Below are positions 43,001 to 45,749 of a stretch of 45,749 nt of DNA, piece by piece. Positions within the stretch are counted from its first letter, which is position 1. Each line of letters opens with the position of its first letter. The position numbers and the translations under genes are program-made. The DNA is from Candidatus Woesearchaeota archaeon (GTDB lineage Archaea > Nanobdellota > Nanobdellia > Pacearchaeales > GW2011-AR1). The notes below the pieces were generated by a model. The model was not told the origin of the DNA. It worked only from the letters and a program-made list of their open reading frames with translations, and made no database searches. Location of the stretch: NCBI GenBank assembly GCA_964429545.1, contig CAYSCL010000003.1, positions 1 through 45,749 of the forward strand, in the 5' to 3' direction.

Positions 43001-43135
43001 ATGATGAATAAAAATTACGAGAAAAAACTCCAAGAGCTGCAATTTGCTTTGAAAACTAAGGGCATTCTCAAAACAAAGGATGAAGTTTTCAATATAATGG
43101 TTGAATTGTTCAAAAGAGAATTCAAAAATAAGTGA
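43001..43135 (+). CDS. Possible 44-aa helical micro-protein
   Basis: ATG..TGA reads MMNKNYEKKLQELQFALKTKGILKTKDEVFNIMVELFKREFKNK. No SD and no other support. Confidence 0.25.
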   Translation: MMNKNYEKKLQELQFALKTKGILKTKDEVFNIMVELFKREFKNK

Positions 43136-43181
43136 AGATATTCTTGAATAAATTTATAAATTCTATTTGTATTCTATCTTT

Positions 43182-43451
43182 ATGAATCGGAATTTTGTGA
43201 AATATTTTGTTGATATTGGAATGCTTCTTTCTTTTTTGGCAGTGGCAATTACTGGGGTTTTGAAATTTAGATCTTTCTTGGGCTTTTTTGGAGTTGAGTT
43301 GGATTATGCTTCTATGAATATGAGATTAATGAGTAGGGTTCATGATTGGACGGGAATTTTGATAGTTGTTTTTGTTTTAATTCATTTGATTCTTAATTGG
43401 TCCTGGATTGTTTCTACTACAAAGCAACTTTTTTGTAGAGAAGTTGAATAA
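43182..43451 (+). CDS. DUF4405-like small membrane protein
   Basis: The pattern FVKYFVDIGMLLSFLAVAITGVLKF ... HDWTGILIVVFVLIHLILNWSW resembles DUF4405. The ATG at 43182 is preferred to the TTG at 43167. Confidence 0.45.
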   Translation: MNRNFVKYFVDIGMLLSFLAVAITGVLKFRSFLGFFGVELDYASMNMRLMSRVHDWTGILIVVFVLIHLILNWSWIVSTTKQLFCREVE

Positions 43452-43551
43452 TAATTTATCCCAAAAACTTGACAAATTTTAAAATAAAATATTAGTTATA
43501 TTCTTTATTCGACGAAAGGTAATTTAGACATGAACTTTCTTGAATGCTATT

Positions 43552-43601
43552 GTCCCTTTTCGGGGCTAGCCAATTGGGGCCTTCGGGTCCCTTTTATTTT
43601 T
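43552..43601 (+). terminator. Two tandem GC-rich hairpins followed by a T-run between convergent genes (terminator or small RNA)
   Basis: The hairpins are gtccc-ttttc-ggggc (43552..43566) and ggggcc-ttcg-ggtccc (43576..43591, UUCG loop), followed by ttttattttt. Confidence 0.35.
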
Positions 43602-43935
43602 AGAAGAATTTTAGATATACAAAGCCTACTGCGAAAAATATTGCATATGCTATTCCTAAACTAGGCCAGAAGTCTAGTTTTTTTATCAAAAGTGAGAATA
43701 CTAGTATGAACATTACTAGTAGGGCTACGGATAGAATGGTTGAACTTGCTACATCTTGAACTGTTTTTCTTGATGAGCCTAGGAAAATGAAAATTACTGC
43801 GATTGTGAATTGGGCGGGTAGCACATATAGTAGTGAAGCTGCTTTTGGTCCAACGAATTTTGTTAAAAGAGTCATTCCTAAAATTACACCTCCACCTATT
43901 ATGAATTGTATGGCGTAATAGAGAATAGAATTCAT
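43600..43935 (-). CDS. Small 4-TM membrane protein, translationally coupled to the GNAT gene
   Basis: ATGA overlap with the upstream GNAT gene. Hydrophobic throughout. Confidence 0.55.
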   Translation of the reverse strand: MNSILYYAIQFIIGGGVILGMTLLTKFVGPKAASLLYVLPAQFTIAVIFIFLGSSRKTVQDVASSTILSVALLVMFILVFSLLIKKLDFWPSLGIAYAIFFAVGFVYLKFF

Positions 43936-44372
43936 TTTAGTTTCTTTTCGAAAACAACCCCGGTGTCCTTAAATTTCTTTTTCTTGTAAAAGTTCCTTGT
44001 TTTTTTTCTAACTAAATCTGTGTGCAATCTAATCATGTTGCATTTTTCTTTATTTGTTCTTTCTAGAAATTTTACAATTCTTGAACCAATTCCTTTTCCT
44101 CGGATGTTTTTTTCTACAACGATTTCGTCTACATAGCATATTGGCCCGAATTCAAAATCTTTTTCATATTTGTATGAAGTATAACCTACAATTTCTCCAT
44201 CTAATTTTAATAAGAACATTTTGTATCTTGGGGATCTTAATCTATATAGAAAATATTTTTTTGTTCGTTTTTTATCAATGGTTCTTCCTTCCCAAAGTTG
44301 TTGTAAGAAATGATATACGGTGGGAAAATGTTTACGTTTAATTTTAATAAATTCTTCTTCCCCTTTTTTCAT
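43932..44372 (-). CDS. GNAT-family N-acetyltransferase
   Basis: The acetyl-CoA motif is VDEIVVEKNIRGKGIGSRIVKFLE (R/QxxGxG). Confidence 0.8.
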   Translation of the reverse strand: MKKGEEEFIKIKRKHFPTVYHFLQQLWEGRTIDKKRTKKYFLYRLRSPRYKMFLLKLDGEIVGYTSYKYEKDFEFGPICYVDEIVVEKNIRGKGIGSRIVKFLERTNKEKCNMIRLHTDLVRKKTRNFYKKKKFKDTGVVFEKKLK

Positions 44373-44451
44373 ATTTGTTGTAGGGAAATGTTACTTATAA
44401 GTTTTTTGGGATTTTACATAGTATTAAATAGTCGATGAATTTAATTTTGCT

Positions 44452-44610
44452 ATGGCGAAGAGAAGATTGAAAAGAAATAAGAAGCAAGGAATGAATAGGC
44501 GGAAAGCTGGAGCAAAAAAACCTATGAGTACCGAAGAGAAAGAGAGACGGAAAAAGGTTCGTGAAGCACAAAGTGCTGCGGATAAAGCTAGACTTTCAAA
44601 AAAAGAGTAA
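44452..44610 (+). CDS. Possible 52-aa highly basic micro-protein
   Basis: MAKRRLKRNKKQGMNRRKAGAKKPMSTEEKERRKKVREAQSAADKARLSKKE. The locally higher GC and a sensible composition contrast with the low-complexity antisense ORF listed in the track. Confidence 0.4.
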   Translation: MAKRRLKRNKKQGMNRRKAGAKKPMSTEEKERRKKVREAQSAADKARLSKKE

Positions 44611-44660
44611 TTATTTCTTGAAATATTTTTAGAATTGTAATGCATAAGTATTGGAAATTA

Positions 44661-44780
44661 GAGATTAGGAGTTAGGGATTGGGAGTTGGGAGTTAGAGAT
44701 TGGGGATTAGGAATTGGGAGTTGGGAAGTGGAGATTAGGAATTGGGAGTTAGAGATTAGGAGTTAGGGATTGGGAAATTG
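44661..44780 (+). repeat. Heptanucleotide G-rich minisatellite (about 17 units, consensus GGRRTTR)
   Basis: gagatta ggagtta gggattg ggagttg ggagtta gagattg gggatta ggaattg ggagttg ggaagtg ... A 24-nt higher-order repeat occurs at both ends (44661.. and 44752..). Stops occur in all frames. Confidence 0.85.
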
Positions 44781-45027
44781 TTAATAGAAAAAATTGATAA
44801 AGTAATTATCCGTTGCGCTGCAGGGCATTGGGAAATGATGGAGTTGTGGAATAAAATATTTTGAATTTATGAAGAAAAAATTCAGTTTGCTTCGCCCATA
44901 GTTTATCATAAAATAAAATCTAAACTGGATTTATGTCTTGCATTGTGCATTAACTTGGATTTACTCATTCTGAAACTTTCTTTAGCAATTTATTTTAGAG
45001 ATTATGTACTAAAATTCAAAGAAAAAT

Positions 45028-45282
45028 TTAATCATTTTCAAACCAGTTTAGTTTTTCTTTTCTGGGCAGTTGTTTGATTTGGTATTCGAATTTGGATGCT
45101 TGGGATTTGTCTTTGCAGGGTTTTGCGTAGAGAAGTTTTTTGAATCCTTTCGTGTAGACGTATTTGCTTCCTTTTCCTTCGAGATGGGCTTTCATTCGTT
45201 TGTCTATGTTTGTTGTGATGCCGGTGTAATATGATCCATCTTGACATTCTAGAATATAGATGAACCAATTTTGTGTTTTCAT
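45028..45282 (-). CDS. GIY-YIG nuclease-superfamily small protein (UPF0213/YhbQ-like)
   Basis: WFIYILECQDGSYYTGITTNIDKRMKAH..G.GSKYVYTKG ... FEYQIKQLPRKEK. Confidence 0.85.
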   Translation of the reverse strand: MKTQNWFIYILECQDGSYYTGITTNIDKRMKAHLEGKGSKYVYTKGFKKLLYAKPCKDKSQASKFEYQIKQLPRKEKLNWFEND

Positions 45283-45472
45283 TAAATTTAGAGAAAGAAA
45301 GATTACTTAAATAATTGGTAAAAAATGATGAATTAACTAAGGCAGTTGGATTAACTATCCTACTAGGTAATATAAAGTTTTGAGGAATTTTGAAAGAAAG
45401 AGAAATTAAAATAAGATTGAAAAATAATAAAAATAATTACTTAATTGTTTGTAAATTTTGTAGAATTTAAGC

Positions 45473-45664
45473 TTACGCTTTTTTTACTTTTACTGCTTTT
45501 GGGCCTTTGTCGCCTTGAGCTACTTCAAATTCAACTGAGTCTCCTTCGCCTAAAGAATTGTCTTCTGATAGTTCTGAACTATGTACAAAAACATCTTTAC
45601 CTTCTTCAGTTGTAATAAATCCAAAACCTTTTTGATCATTGAAAAATTTTACTGTTCCTTTCAT
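45473..45664 (-). CDS. csp: Cold-shock protein (CspA family, OB fold)
   Basis: [18 protein letters not shown] (RNP1), DVFVHSS (RNP2), and a gggaggt SD 7 nt upstream. Confidence 0.9.
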   Translation of the reverse strand: MKGTVKFFNDQKGFGFITTEEGKDVFVHSSELSEDNSLGEGDSVEFEVAQGDKGPKAVKVKKA

Positions 45665-45720
45665 TTTTTAACCTCCCGTGTGTATTTCATGTAATATATT
45701 GTAAATTAGGGTTTATAATA

Positions 45721-45749
45721 GGTTGTAAGTTGGGGGTTGGAGGTTGGGG
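45721..45749 (+). repeat. G-rich TTGGGG-like tract running into the window edge
   Basis: ggttgtaagttgggggttggaggttgggg uses the same vocabulary as the 44661..44780 minisatellite. Confidence 0.4.

Noticed and set aside
44424-44645. The 73-aa minus-strand ORF from the track.
   Set aside because: Its product is Phe/Leu/Ser low-complexity sequence. The opposite strand carries a compositionally sensible basic ORF. Neither is proven.
44661-44780. I considered a CRISPR array or telomere-like repeat.
   Set aside because: The unit is only 7 nt with no spacers, so it is not CRISPR. The resemblance to TTAGGG/TTGGGG telomeric units is superficial and the array is interstitial, so I report it only as a minisatellite.
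45325-45331. I looked for C/D-box sRNAs: an AUGAUGA at 45325..45331 and an AUGAUGG near 44835.
   Set aside because: No CUGA D or D' boxes lie at the required spacing on either strand.

Overview
By eye this is a very AT-rich, gene-dense chromosomal segment with about 55 protein genes. It reads as a small-genome archaeon; DPANN-like is an inference, not a demonstrated placement. The archaeal markers are aIF5B, ribosomal protein uS10, a Bat-type HTH_10 regulator and a Dph2 remnant. SerRS and PEP synthase are also present. A few bacterial-looking genes are mixed in: a cold-shock protein, an RlmN/Cfr-like radical SAM enzyme and CcdA. Genes are often translationally coupled through 1-4 nt start/stop overlaps, and both leaderless and Shine-Dalgarno-led starts occur. 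I recognised no rRNA, tRNA, CRISPR array, integrase, transposase or reverse transcriptase.

The most interesting content, in order:
1. A five-gene, translationally coupled operon (6.8-14.7 kb) encodes only exported Cys-rich or sequon-rich proteins. It ends in a 1,608-aa modular protein that resembles a tail fibre or adhesin and has near-identical DNA repeats at its module junctions. A Bat-type regulator and a secreted S8 protease lie next to it.
2. Two paralogous micro-ORFs (27 and 57 aa) are absent from the ORF track and share an 8-Cys core. They abut a DUF5320-DUF134-thioredoxin-CcdA gene string that carries three copies of an ATGAAT-N4-ATTCAT palindrome.
3. Short upstream blocks are shared between otherwise unrelated genes, which suggests small regulons.
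4. A GC-rich intergenic island carries an anti-Shine-Dalgarno-like CCACCTCCTC and may be an sRNA.
5. A tandem SDR pair has one copy that has lost the catalytic Tyr.
6. A truncated dph2 relic is present.
7. A heptanucleotide G-rich minisatellite has degenerate relatives in other intergenic regions and at the window edge.

All functional calls rest on motif recognition by eye; no database search was run.
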